A stretch of 64,000 nucleotides of DNA from Octopus vulgaris. Taxonomy: Eukaryota. A program made the translations under genes and the position numbers. How positions within the stretch are numbered: the first letter of the stretch is position 1; every line of letters starts with the position of its first letter. Below the pieces are notes generated by a model, which did no database searches, was not told where the DNA came from, and worked only from the letters and a program-made list of their open reading frames with translations. Location: the NCBI GenBank assembly GCA_951406725.2, contig OX597815.1, positions 188,294,001 through 188,358,000 of the forward strand, in the 5' to 3' direction. Below are positions 25,173-38,035 of the stretch, piece by piece.

Positions 25173-25812
25173 GCATGCGCACACACACACAAACATACAC
25201 ACAAACACACACATTGAAAGATAATACAGTGTGTGCGTAACCAGATATCGGTACAAGCTTCTTTGCATTCAACAAGTTCGTGCGAAGAACAATGAAAGTT
25301 GCACAATCAATGGTAACTGTTTAAGCATGCATGTATAAATGGTAACTTCCCCAGTCAGATGAGCTGATATAGATTATAAGCATTTTATCCATCTTGGCTG
25401 ATTTGTAATAAAAAAATATTATTTCTTTGAATACCTCTTCAGGAACATGATCAACGAACGCAAGCCTCTTGCGAGGTGCCAGCTCAAAGCTAAAAACTTA
25501 ATATCCAAGTTATTTCATAAACAATGTGCTTATTGCACCTGCTATAATTTCTAATTGTAGAAAATATCTCGTATGAAGTGTAAATAACCTTAGATTTTAA
25601 ATGATTTATGTGTGCAGGAGGAGTTTTGTACAACTATTAATAGAGTAATTTTATTCTGCTTTCACTTATCATCAGAAGTTCTAAGTCTTCTTGTCAGTAT
25701 GTTGCTTTTGCAAATGATTAAATATTTGTTTTCATATATCTATTTTTATAAATAATTTGCATTTGTTTCATTCCTATGTATGTATGTATGTAAATATATG
25801 TATGTATGTAAG

Positions 25813-26140
25813 CATCCACTCCATGAGTGTAGTGGGTGCTTTTTACGTGCCAGACGAGTCTGGTAAATGGCCACGATCGGATGGTGCTTTTTATGGTGGC
25901 ACATAAAAAGCACCATCCGATCGTGGCCTTTGCCAGACTCGTCTGGCACCTGTGCCGGTGGCACGTAAAAAGCACCCACTACACTCATGGAGGGGTTGGC
26001 ATTAGGAAGGGCATCCAGCCGTAGAAACATTGCCAGATCAAACTGGGCCTGGTGCAGCCTTCTGGCTTCCCAGACCCCAGTTGAACCGTCCAACCCATGC
26101 TAGCATGGAAAGTGGACGCTAAACGATGATGATGATGATG
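25813..26140 (+). mobile_element. RTE 3' UTR fragment with inverted 5' duplication
   Basis: 25813-25893 is the reverse complement of 25902-25997. Confidence 0.8.
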
Positions 26141-26159
26141 ATGTATGTATGTAAGTATG

Positions 26160-26390
26160 TCAGGCATGTGGAAGAGAGTGTAATTCGACAGGAGGACTTA
26201 AATGACATGCAAAGGTACATGAAGCCCACTTACAACTACAACCGGCTATTACCGGTAAAGGTTTTAGCTGCCAATTCTGTACAAGACATTGTAGATCTTT
26301 AGCTGGGCTAAAAAGTCACATTCAATGACAGTACGAATAACAGTTAAGCTTTGTTCAATGGCCTTACTCGATAACGAGGGGGCATCCATC

Positions 26391-26392
<2 letters not shown>
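26160..26392 (+). mobile_element. RTE LINE 3' fragment
   Basis: FSCQFCTRHCRSLAGLKSHIQ* zinc finger. Confidence 0.75.
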
Positions 26393-26423
<31 letters not shown>

Positions 26424-26430
26424 TGTGTGT

Positions 26431-26782
26431 CTCTTCTAATTTTTAATTATTGTAAATCTTCTACAGAGGAGGGAGCCGGTTTCCAACAAACAGACAAGGC
26501 TCCATCTTTGGGATGTACTTAACAGAGACAAAACAACATTTGGAACTTGAGAAAAGTCTTGCATATTTTTACTGTTCCACTCACGGATTGCAATTGCATG
26601 TATGAATTAACCAGTAGATTTCTCTTTCTGAAAATCTCAGTTTATCCAGATTCTCCTTTAAGCATTTACTTACAAAACCGAGTGCTCCAATTATTATTGG
26701 TATGAATTTGAATTCATTGTCTGGATATAGAAACTGGAGGTTTTGAAGCAATAGTCCATAGATATCCTATCTCTTTGTCTTC
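26431..26782 (-). mobile_element. R4-type (RLE) retrotransposon 3' fragment
   Basis: YGLLLQNLQFLYPDNEFKFIPIIIGALGFVSKCL...QLQSVSGTVKICKTFLKF. Confidence 0.8.
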
Positions 26783-26995
26783 TCTCCTTGTGCTGTATGA
26801 ACATTTAATATGGTTTTAGAGTCAAGTTTTGGCAGCTATTTCCAGCATGGTGGTATCTCTTAGATACTCTAACTTATAATTTTAATAATAATTATTACCT
26901 TTGAAGGTTTTTATTCCCATACTGGCCACCTAATAACATCGGTATTTAAATAACGATCTTATCCTTATTTTTATATATATATCTATATCTATCTA

Positions 26996-27034
<39 letters not shown>

Positions 27035-27411
27035 ATATATATATATATATGTATATATATAAATATATATACACATATATAAATATAAAGGATATGAGGG
27101 GTTTAGTTCACTGGTGGTCTAAACGAAGAGGTACGCTAAGTAAGTGCTATAATTGGTCATCAAGCTACTTTAACATGAAAGCATCATTCAAAATACTGCC
27201 AAAATTCTGCCTGGATTTACCTGGGATTGAGCATAAGGACCTATACCTTCACAAAAGTATGGACCAACCTCCATACCTTCTGGAAAAAATGAATTGTGAA
27301 CTTTTATTCTCCTGTCTGTATTCTTGTATTTAATTTTACTCTTTATTCTTCTATTTTATTCCTTATAAACTGTGAATTCCTTGTCTAGAACTTTCATACT
27401 TAACTCACCTT

Positions 27412-27487
27412 GTCTTTGATGATGGACTACCCAATGAATGGACATGCTAGCTTATCACTTGGGATATCCCAGAAACAACTGTAAAAC
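27412..27487 (+). ncRNA. Degenerate type I HHR in a (TA)-flanked element spanning about 27085-27575
   Basis: gtct-TTGATGA-tggactacccaatga...tcacttgggatatccca-GAAA-caactg-TA-aaac. Confidence 0.6.
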
Positions 27488-27924
27488 TTCAAATTAACCT
27501 TACCCTAATTAAATTATTATAAATGACTTGAGATATTTGTCCTGCCTTGGTTTTGATGTCCTTTTCCTTTAATGTATATATACACACACATATATATATA
27601 TATACATAGTTGAAATTTACAGAAAAATAAAAGACATATATATGTGTGTGTGTGTGTGCCTGTGTTTGTCCCCCTAGCATTGCTTGACAACCGATGCTGG
27701 TGTGTTTACGTCCCCGTCACATAGCGGTTTGGCAAAAAGTGACCGATACAATAAGTACCGGGCTTACAAAGAATAAGTCCTGGGGTCGATTTGCTTGACT
27801 AAAAGGCGGTGCTCCAGCATGGCCACAGTCAAATGACTGAAACAAGTAAAAGAGTAAAACAGTGTAAAGTATTTTGTCCAGCGCTCTACTAACTTTGATA
27901 TTTACTTCCTTTAATTAACAGACA

Positions 27925-29203
27925 TGAGGCAGATAACATTGTGAGACTTAGAAAGTAGCTCATTAAGCAACACTCCTTGTCTGATGACCTTAAATACATA
28001 CCCTAAGAATTTTCCTGACTCTACCGCAATGTATCATCAGATGAAAGCATGAGGATACATCACCAGAAGACCATGCATGGCTATGTTAGCAGCACTAGTG
28101 TAGCTTAAGGGGGGGAGGCAGCGGTAGGAGCTGTCCACCCCGGGTTGCACTTTTAAAGGGACAGCACTTTTGGGTCTGCTGTAGGCAATATATATTTTTC
28201 TTTATGGGTTCTGGGGGTGGGCAGCAAGTGGAAGGGCCACTCTGGACAACACACACTCAAGCTATGCAAGTGGTTAGCAGGAAGCTCCAAGATGAAAGTA
28301 ACATTAATAATCATAGTAGTCTATTATGGGCCAACAGCTGGATTACTAAATCCCACTTGGCAGGGTATGCATTTGCAATCCAGGAACACGAAAGGGTCAG
28401 AGTCATAAGAAACACACCAAAATGTAGTAACCGATGTAGACTTTGTGGAGTTAACACTGAAAATATCACCCATCATAAGCAGTTGTCTAAAAATGTTATC
28501 ATGGTATTATCTTCCAATGAGACATGATGTTGTATCTAAGGCCTTGAATAATTTGATCTGTCATAAGGATAACCCTGAAGAAATAAGAACCCACAGTATG
28601 ACAGGGGCCATAACCACTCATAATAAGTACTGGTAAAGTGTCCCAGTGAAAACCTTAGTAAAATCTAAACATAATACACCTGACATAGTAATTGGGAAAA
28701 GAGAAGAGAAACTGTGTACTGTAGTGCAAATCAGCTGCCTTGCAGTTGTTAGCATAAAACTGAAGATCAGTGAAAAAGAGAATACCTATGCTGAACTATT
28801 GAGAAATCTGTAGCTATCTGCCCAGAATACAAGTTCAAGTTTCTACCTGTAATTATTGGGGCACCAGGTTATGTAATACACTGCCTAAGTACCGATTTGA
28901 GAAATTAGGCTTCTCAATAATAGAAAGAGGAAAGCTGATTCAAAGACTATGGATTCAATCCATCACTGGAACTGTAAAATTCTGTAAAACTTTCTGAAGC
29001 TTAAGATTTAAGTATATATGGGCAAGCGAATACATACATCAAATAAAACATACAAATCTGCACATATAGGGCTCATATACACATACATACATACAAAAAT
29101 ATGCTGTTGTTGATGTTAAAATACCAATGAAGGAGCCGTGGATCTAGGTTAGAAACCAACTATTTCTCTATTAGCAAGAAATCTTGAAATAAAACTGAAT
29201 AAT
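27925..29203 (+). mobile_element. R4-type (RLE) non-LTR retrotransposon, decayed 3' part
   Basis: KTMHG, FAIQE, CRLC...HIISSC, RHD, PDIVI, KENTY motifs with stops and frameshifts. Confidence 0.88.
28093..28272. mobile_element. 180-bp hAT-type MITE
   Basis: Perfect 8-bp TSD gttagcag at 28085-28092 and 28273-28280; imperfect TIRs cactagtgtagctt / aagctatgcaagtg. Confidence 0.85.
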
Positions 29204-30059
29204 GACACATATACACACATACATACACATATATGTACATATGTACACACATACATACACACATAAACATATATACACATGTACATATATAGATACATAT
29301 ATATATACATATTTACATACATATGTACATACACACACAAACACACAGCGACACACACTCACCCCCCACCACATATATATATTTGGTGGTGGAGGGTTCT
29401 ATAACTTTCTATAACTCTGCAGACTTTTAGAGAGATTGATAAATCGCTAGAAATTATATTTGTTTCACTTCAAGTGCTCTCATCTGTAAAAGTACCAACT
29501 TTTAAGTCTGCAACTTTAAAATACTCTTCCACTGTTTTAAAATTGCTAAATCATACCATTTAAAGAGATAAAAAAAAAATAAGCAAAATGAAAAGAAACT
29601 AAATAACACAGAAAAATGACCACACACAGAAAACTATTTATTTATTGTTTTTATACAGGAATAAGATATCAACTTTCAAATATCAAAAATCTGTATATTC
29701 ATGAACAGGCTGAGATTACTAGATTAATAATGTATTTTATGCTCAATTTTAAGTGCATGTTTTCACTTACTTTTGTACCAATCCAACACAACTTCTCAAT
29801 TTTTAGCATATGTCGTTTTTGCTTAGTCTGTATTTAAACCAAAGACCTCTATAGAATTTCAAATATTTTAATAGTATGCTAAAGCTTCATAGGATTCCTT
29901 ATTCTTTTGTGGGCATGGCCGTGTATTTTAGAAGTTTACTTCACAAGCATGCAGTTATAGGTTCAAACCCACTGCATGGCACCTTCGGCTAATGCCTTCT
30001 GCTATAGCCTCAAATTGACCAATGCTTCATAAATGAAAATGGTTGACAGTAACAGTGTG

Positions 30060-30448
30060 GAACCTTGTCCGTTGCCAGCCTCGGCTGGCCCCCGTGCCGG
30101 TGACACGTAAAAGCACCGTCCGTTCATGGCCGTTTGCCAGCTCTGTCTGGCCCCGTGTCGGTGGCACGTAAAAGCACCATCCGTTCGTGTTCGTTGCCAG
30201 CCTCGGCTGGCCCCCGTGCCAGTGACATGTAAAAGCACCATCCGTTCATGGCCGTTTGTGCAGGTGGCACGTAAAAAGCACCCACTACACTCGCGGAGTG
30301 GTTGGCGTTAGGAAGGGCATCCAGCCGTAGAAACACTGCCAGATCTGACTGGGCCTGACGTAGCCTTCCAGCTTCACAGACCCCGGTTGACCCGTCCAAC
30401 CCATGCTAGCATGGAAAGCGGACGCTAAATGATGATGATGATGATGAT
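30060..30448 (+). mobile_element. RTE 3' UTR fragment with internal minisatellite
   Basis: Four gtg(g/a)cacgtaaaagcacc units; (GAT)n tail. Confidence 0.85.
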
Positions 30449-30690
30449 ATTAAGGATTTTGTTTCTAGAATTAAATGGAAAGCCTACTATACATACATAT
30501 ATATATATATATATTTGCATATATATATTTAAAATTTATAAGTTTAAATTATTTTAATATTTTTTTAATTTTTAACTTTTATATTTTTAAAATTAATTTT
30601 ATGTATTGGCTTATGTTTTTCACTGTTTGATTTGCCTAATAGTGGTTTTATCTCTAATTTAATATAATATATATATGTATATATATATAT

Positions 30691-30950
30691 TGATAAAAAT
30701 GGTAAGACAACAAAAGAATGAAAGAGATCTCGATATTATGTAAATAGAGGAATTTATCTGTAAAAGTAATATGTGACACTTATTTGGTAGCCATGATAAA
30801 ACTCTGAGTTTTGGATACCGAGGCGGAAATCCATGCCACCATCTTTTCAGTTATCCGGCCATCGGAAAAAATGCTATGAAAAAAATTTTTCCGATGGCTG
30901 GATAACTGAAGAGATGGCAGCATGGATTTCCGCCTCGGCATCTGAAACTT
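30691..30950. mobile_element. Fold-back PLE-like end with HHR motifs in both arms
   Basis: Arms 30807-30872 / 30885-30949; gataa-CTGAAGA-gatg...catct-GAAA; the minus arm supplies ctcagag-TT-ttatc. Confidence 0.8.
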
Positions 30951-31624
30951 ATTTACACACACACACACATATATTTCTACTTCTAAACCTATATATCTCT
31001 CTCTATATATATATGTACGTATACACACACACATATATACATATATCTATATATAAATGTGTGCTTTATGTGTATTTTTTCTTTATTTATAATCGAACAC
31101 AACGCAACCTTGTCCACAGTAAGTTCTTACATTTCTATATAATTTCTGCGATTCTACAGCTTTTCATTCTTTCTCTCTATCGCTCTATAATCTAATATAA
31201 TCTATAATATTTTATGCAATATATATATATATATATATATGATTTTAAATTACCCTGGCTTTGGTGGTTAGATGCTATTTAATCGAAGACTGGGACCTTG
31301 ACAGGAGCTACTACTCCAGGTCAGAGTAGACCTGGGAACAATAATGGATCAGAGGTGGTTCTCCATTCCTCCACAGCTGGGAACTCCTAAACTAGGACTC
31401 CAATACAAGATGCAGTCCAAAGCTATACCCAGAACTTAAAGAATAAATATTTTCCTTTGTGATGTTTCTGTAATATAAGTGAGTATAATACAAAATAAAT
31501 ATCCAATAGAAAAATGATTGCTGCCATAGAATATTGGTGCTGAAGTTCTATTAACAGCTTGAAATGTATCTTCTACTTATACTGGATTAATATTTTTTGC
31601 TACTTTTAGGAAATATTATAAATA

Positions 31625-31835
31625 TTCCTCTTCTTCATGTTCCATGCCTATGATCATGAACCCTTAGCCCTTCTCTCTTATGCACAGCTAAACACATTAT
31701 TGGGTTAGTCTTCAGTTAACATCTGGTATGGTCGTTTCAGTTTCTTTCTTTTTTTTTGGCTTCTTTTTCCTGTCAGTTCTCCATTTGTCACCAAGCGTTC
31801 AATGCTTTGTCTTCCCAAATACTGTCTCCTTATCT
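31625..31835 (-). mobile_element. RTE LINE 3' fragment, decayed
   Basis: IERLVTNGELTGKRS; (GAA)-type tail. Confidence 0.55.
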
Positions 31836-31842
31836 TATTAGT

Positions 31843-32175
31843 GAAGGCACATGGCTCAGTGGTTAGAGCATCGAGCTTAAGACCGTGAGGTTGTGAGTTC
31901 GAATCCTGGACCAGGCTGCACGTTGTGTTCTTGAGCAAGACACTTTATTTCATGTTGCTCCATTTCACTCAGCTGTAGAAATGAGTTGCGACATCACTGA
32001 TGCCAAGCTGTATCAGCCTTTGCCTTTCCCTTGGGTGACATTGGTGGCATGGAGAGGGTAGGCTGGTATGCATGGGTGACTGCTGGTCTTCCATAAACAA
32101 CCTTGCCCAGACTTGTGCATCAAAGGGTAACTTTCTAGGTGCAATCCCATGGCCATTCATGACCGAAGGGGCTCT
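31843..32175 (+). mobile_element. tRNA-derived SINE
   Basis: A box tggctcagtgg, B box gttcgaatc, core gtgttcttgagcaagacactt. Confidence 0.85.
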
Positions 32176-32639
32176 TCGCAATCTTATCAAGTTTACTAGT
32201 GGTTTTTCCTCATCTTAGGATTTCAATGATTGTTAACTTTGTAAAATATCTTCTGTATTTATCTAAGGAACCACATCTTAATCATCAGATAGAGATATTA
32301 ACAATTCTAGTATAATGAAGCATAAGTCTTTATTTTATTTTATTTCATTGTGAAGATGAACAAATTTGTATTACATTTTCTTTGTATATCTTAAATGTTT
32401 TTATAAATCTTGAATTATAAGCAAATATTTTTGTTAACAACTAAAATAAAATTGTATATTGCATAAAAACAAAATATATTTAGATTAGATAAAAGTTGTT
32501 ATCAAAACCAATTTCTTTCTAAACCAATTCGTTTCCTTGTGTAGAACTTTGTATAATACTAAAAGCAATGCTAAAGTGGACATAATGCTTTTTTATTTAC
32601 ATAATGCTTTTTTTATTTGTTCATGTGACAAATGGTAGC

Positions 32640-33096
32640 AGAGTAGCTTTTCCTCTATACAAAGATACTACACAACAGAGTTGCATTTGTGCAGATAGAT
32701 GAATCATAAACCATGAGCTTGTTGCACAATTAAACTCACAATGCATTGGGGAAGTCTTTGGGCATTAAGAACTGCATAGTGTGAGATACCTCAGCAACTG
32801 GTACCCAGTCTGGAGGAGGTGAAAAAGTTAGAAGTCTGATCTGATCTGCTGTTAGTGCTTGAAGCTAATAAAGACAAATTTTTTCAAATCTGGTGACAGG
32901 GTGAGGGTGAAATATAGGCATATCTTTATAATCTGGAAATAAAGGCTCACTATATGGAATCGCATCACTACTATTCTGCAAAAATCCAAGAAGATCAAGA
33001 GTTATGAATTGGCACAGAAAGTCATGGTGAATGTTTTGGAGGATTACAAGTGCATTATTCTCTTTGATTTTCTGAAACATGGCTATAGTATGAGCA
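32640..33096 (+). mobile_element. Decayed mariner transposase (catalytic region)
   Basis: LVTG..EI*AYLYNLEIK...KKIKSYELAQKVMVNVLEDYKCIILFDFLKHG. Confidence 0.7.
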
Positions 33097-33097
33097 A

Positions 33098-33545
33098 TCA
33101 TCATCATCATCATTGTTCGACCGTGGTCGAGACAATGGAATTTACCATGCTACGCCAGACTTCATGGTCCATCATGGCATTACAGAGGTCCTGTTGCTGG
33201 ATGCCTGTATCCCTGGAGATTACATCAGGGTAGGAGTGTGTGTGCCCTCTGGTATTGCGAGTAGATGGCTTCCAGAGGAGAAGAGTAGAAATTACCTCGT
33301 TTTCAGCTCTACAACAATGTCTAGCAAACTGGACTCTCCTACCTTTCACAAGAGATGACACAGGTGGTAGTTTCCCATATATTTGCATTTTTGTTGGATG
33401 GCGCTTCCACAAGAGATTTTGAGCTCTCATAAGGAGGCGAGTGTAGGTTCCATCCAACCGCCTCTCAAGCTTCTTTGATAACATCCAGGTTTCTGAGCCA
33501 TATAATATAATTGGTTCGACTGTGGCTTTGAAGATTTCAAGTTTG
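33098..33545 (-). mobile_element. RTE LINE 3' fragment with open frame
   Basis: IFKATVEPIILYGSETW...RRVQFARHC...YPDVISRDTG...VWR; (TGA)n tail. Confidence 0.9.
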
Positions 33546-33923
33546 AGCACTGCACAGAGATACAAAAAAAGCTTAGAAAAACCATTTGGAGGAAGAGACA
33601 GAAAAAAAACTGAAAACAAAGGCACAGGAGTGGCTGTGTGGTAAGTAGCTTGCTTACCAACCACATAAGTGTTGCATTTGCATCATCAATGAACTCAACT
33701 TTTGAATCCTCTTTTGTAAAAATCCAACTGTACACTGTTATGCTTTCACTTCTCCAGTGACATCAAATCACTATCCTTAAAGACTATCCTTCATTATATC
33801 CCTCATGTGAAAGTCCGAGGACATCAAATCTGAGCTGTATGATGGATGGCGACAAGTGACCAGCCCAATTGGCCAATTTGCTAATTGGTTGATTTGAAAA
33901 GTCATTTATCATCATAATGAATA

Positions 33924-34133
33924 CTCTTTACTCTTTTACTTGTTTCAGTCATTTGACTGTGGCCATGCTGGAGCACCACCTTTACTCGAGCAAATCGACC
34001 CCGGAACTTATTCTTTGTAAGCCTAGTACTTATTCTATCGTTTTTTTTTGCTGAACCACTAAGTTACGGGGACATAAACACACAAGCATTGGTTGTCAAG
34101 CGATGTTGGGTGGGGACAAACACAGACACACAA

Positions 34134-34185
<52 letters not shown>

Positions 34186-34348
34186 GATGGGCTTCTTTCA
34201 GTTTCCATCTACCAAACCCACTCACAAGGTTTTGGTTGGCCTGAGGCTATAGTAGAAGACACTTGCCCAAGGTGCCATGCAGTGGGACTGAACCCGGAAC
34301 CATGTGGTTGGTAAACAAGCTACTTACCACACAGCCTCTACTGTGCCC
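33924..34348 (-). mobile_element. Major SINE, full length
   Basis: Family match. Confidence 0.9.
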
Positions 34349-34499
34349 ATATTGAAAACTTGGATTATTTTTATAAAGTAGTTTTACAGATTTAGTAGCA
34401 ATTGAAAATGTTGCGGGATTTTAAAACTCGGAATAAAAGAATTTTATGTTGCATTCATAATTAATTACTAGAGAGACCAAATAATATGAGTGAAGCATA

Positions 34500-36330
34500 C
34501 TTTAACAAACGAAAGTTCAATAGAATCCCTGACTGGTTATTCTAATTCATTTTATTCTGATAATGATTACAGTCAATGAGAGACTTATGATTGCTTTTTT
34601 TCTTTGCCAATCCTTGCATACAAAGATGTGTGCTTGAAAGAACATAATGTGGGTCGTTTTCAACTTCCAATCAATCTACTTCATTACTTCATTTTCAGTT
34701 TCCAGAGAGTCGGAAAGCTTGACTCACAAAGTTACTTCGACACAAAGAGAAACAATACATGTATAGTTCTTTCTGCTACATTTGTTTAGAAACAACACAT
34801 CAAAGGCCGAAATTCTTATTGATTTCTCATCATACATATCTCTTACTTCTGAATCATTCTTCAGTTCCAGAAATTTATCTTGATAATCTTCAGGAACTTT
34901 TCAACTGACAATTTAGATGGATTTTGCACTATATTAAACTCTTTATCTCTGAATTCAGGAAAATATCAGCTGAATTCATTTTCCAATGCTGTCAGATGAT
35001 GAAAAATTCCATCTTTTGGTCTTTGCCACTAACAATAAGAATTGATGACAGTTTCTTAAATTGATCATACGCTCTTTTCCAATTTTTCAGTTTGCTTATG
35101 AAAGCTTCCAAAGAACCATTGCATTTTATGATGTTTTTATTAATTCTTTGCATTTGAATATAGCTTATTCTGCTGCTCAATAATATCAACCAAGCTGGCT
35201 AGGTTTTTGATCCTTTCCTCATCTTTTAGCCAGACAAAAAGTTCCATCTTTCTCTGAATGAAAAAAAAAAAGAAAAAAAAAAACTGAGATCCTCTCCAAG
35301 TTCAAATATTCTTTCAGTTATGTTTCCACTTGAAATCCATTGGACATTTTTTATGGTAAAGACATAAATGATCTTTGCAAAACTGTCAATATTTAACTGA
35401 TTAAAAATTTGAAAGTTTCCAATTTGATTAACTTCACAATTCGCATTGTTTTGACAGAAAACATTTCCTAGAAGAGATGGAAATGTTTTTGAAGCTGGCA
35501 CCTGATCATGCAGTAAATATCTTTCCCTCTTGAAGGTTTCTTTTTTTTAAGCAAACTTGACTTCTAGATTTTGTTCCAAGCAAAGCAGCTGCACCATCCC
35601 ACAGATGATTTTCCGATTCCATAAAGCATTTTCCAAAACACCTGAGAGTTTGGATTTTCTGATTCCATAAAGATTTTTCCAAAACACCTGAGAGTTTGGT
35701 AGTTGTTTTAGAAGGAGCACAAAAGTGAACCTTCTCTTTAAATAAATCTAAGCAAACATATCTTACAAATGCCAGAACTCAAGAGTATGATGATACATCA
35801 ATTGAGTCAAGTTAAATTCTAGTCTCCAGCACAATTTGATCCTAAGGTCAATGACTCTGTAACCACTCTTCCTGTGAACAATACTGTTTGATAGTGAAAC
35901 TGTTACAAGGTTTTTTTTCCAACCATTCTCAATACAAGTTCCACCATTCTGAGAGCCCAAGGTTTAATCCAAATGAAATACAAATTTCTTGTTGTTGCTT
36001 TTTTTTTCTGCTTTGAAATCTCCTGTGCCACAACATTGGAAACTTCAACAGAATTTTTACTTTATTCCTTATCATTTCCCTGTTGAATCCAGTTTCATCT
36101 TTTCAAGAACAATAAGTCCAAAAAGTCTATTGCTCTTGTCCATGTGTTAAGGGTGAACATTCTGCTAATGTTGTCCTTAACTTGATTGGTTTCATGGAAT
36201 CATTTGACAAAGTTTGTTATAAACAACACATTGTGGTTTTTCTGATCCTTTATTGATGGCAAATATTGCATACATATGGATCATCTTACCTCACCACCTC
36301 CATTTATTTACTCTCATGATGATGGCTTGA
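34500..36330 (-). mobile_element. Heavily decayed hAT (Charlie/Buster-like) transposase
   Basis: KPQCVV..LSNDSMKPxKL, SLSNSIVHR and DGAAALLG remnants; 46-bp tandem duplication at 35607-35698. Confidence 0.7.
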
Positions 36331-36394
36331 ACAGAAAAGCTTGAACTCTTTCTGCACATAAAAAAAGAAATGAATTATTTATCTTTATTTTTAA

Positions 36395-36615
36395 CCCATT
36401 AGCATTTAAAATAGCTATATCCGGCCCAAAATGTTCTGTTTGTTTCATGCTCAAATTGGCTAAATCCTGCCTTTCACACCTACCCTACAATGTCATGCTA
36501 AAAGTTAACAATCCCATAATCGAAATTTCAAAGCTACAAGATAGTGCATGATTAATTCAAAATAATATGAATAAATAAGCATTACATTTGACAGAATAAA
36601 CTGAATGCTAAAGGG
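36395..36615. mobile_element. 221-bp TTAA-flanked (piggyBac-type) MITE
   Basis: ttaa-cccattagcatt ... aatgctaaaggg-ttaa. Confidence 0.9.
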
Positions 36616-36721
36616 TTAATTCAGTTTGTGTTAAATCAAAAATAAACTTGAAACTAAAATTCTCCCCAAAGAATGAAGTATTCTCTCCACTTATTGACCA
36701 AAATCATATCACATATCAGTG

Positions 36722-37048
36722 TGAAAGCATGCTGCTTTATGGTTTGGCTATTTAGTTCACAGACGTAAGGTTGTGAGTTCAATTCCCAGTGGCACACTGC
36801 ATCCTTGATCAAGACACTTTATTTCACATTGCTCTAGTCCACACAGCTAGCAAAAATGAGTTGTGCCTGTATTTCAAGGGGCCAGTCCTTTTGTCACATT
36901 CTGTATCATGCTGATTGTCCCTGAGAACTATGTTTAGGGTATGTGTATCTGTGCAGTACTCAACCACGTGCACATTAATTTCATGAACAGGATGTTTCAT
37001 TGACTGAACCAACTGGAACCCTCATCAATGCCACTAATGAAGTGCCAG
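36722..37048 (+). mobile_element. tRNA-derived SINE whose tail is shared with 47195-47401 and 58945-59088
   Basis: B box gttcaattc; tail ccctgagaactatg...caactggaaccctc. Confidence 0.75.
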
Positions 37049-37296
37049 TTCAGTTATCACACATTAATGGGTAGAAGAGTTATATTTCATAAGCATCTTT
37101 TATGTATTTATGTGTCCGAAAATATGAGTGATAGGGAATATCAATGAAGTTGATAATATAATTAGTTTTGTTCCGCATGGTCAAGTTATAGATACATTCT
37201 ACTTCAATTATTTTCCACATTAGTTACCAAAAAAAACAAAACAAAAAAAAAAGGAAGAGCAGAGAATGGTAGTCATGCTCTGCAACTTCAAAATGA

Positions 37297-37507
37297 TAGT
37301 AAAGATTGCTTACCAACATAACATGGCAGTCCTGGTTTAGGACGAATGTTGCTGTAATTTAGTCCCAGGAGACATTGTCTCCAACTGGCTATACGACACA
37401 GATCATGTTGTATAGCCAGCTGGAGACAATATCTCCTGGGGCAAAATTACAGCAACATTCGTCCTAAACCAGGACTGCTATGTTATGTTGGCAAGCAATC
37501 TTTACTA
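37297..37507. repeat. 211-bp fold-back element (MITE-like)
   Basis: ~102-bp arms tagtaaagattgctt... / ...aagcaatctttacta, 7-nt loop. Confidence 0.92.
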
Positions 37508-37569
37508 CAAAGTACTGTTACTGAATATCCCATGTTGTGAGATTTAAAAATAGTAGTTTTCTTCAAAAT

Positions 37570-38035
37570 CATCATCATCATCGTTTAACATCCGCTTTCC
37601 ATGCTAGCATGGGTTGGACGATTTGACTGAGGTCTGGCGAACCAGATGGCTGCACCAGACTCCAATCTGATCTGGCAGAGTTTCTACAGCTGGATGCCCT
37701 TCCTAATGCCAACCACTCCAAGAGTGTAGTGGGTACTTTTACATGGCACGAGGGCCAGACAGGCAGTGCTGGCAATGGCCATGCTCAAAAGGTGCTTTTT
37801 ATGTACCACCTGCACAGGAGCCAGTCCAGTGGCACTGGCAACGACCTCACTCGAATGTTTTTTTAAAGTGTCACCAGCACAAGTTCCAGTAAGGTGACGC
37901 AGGTAAAGATCACGCCCAAATGGTGCTTTTTACACACCACTGGCATGGAAGCCAGTTGGCTGCTCTGGCAATGATCACACTCGGATGGTGCTGTTAGTGC
38001 TTCACTAGCACGGATGCCAGTCATCGAATTTGATA
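37570..38035 (-). mobile_element. RTE 3' UTR-derived fragment
   Basis: Family match. Confidence 0.8.

Noticed and set aside
30060-30290. CRISPR-like repeat-spacer pattern
   Set aside because: Spacers are related to each other, the context is a eukaryotic LINE UTR, and there are no cas genes
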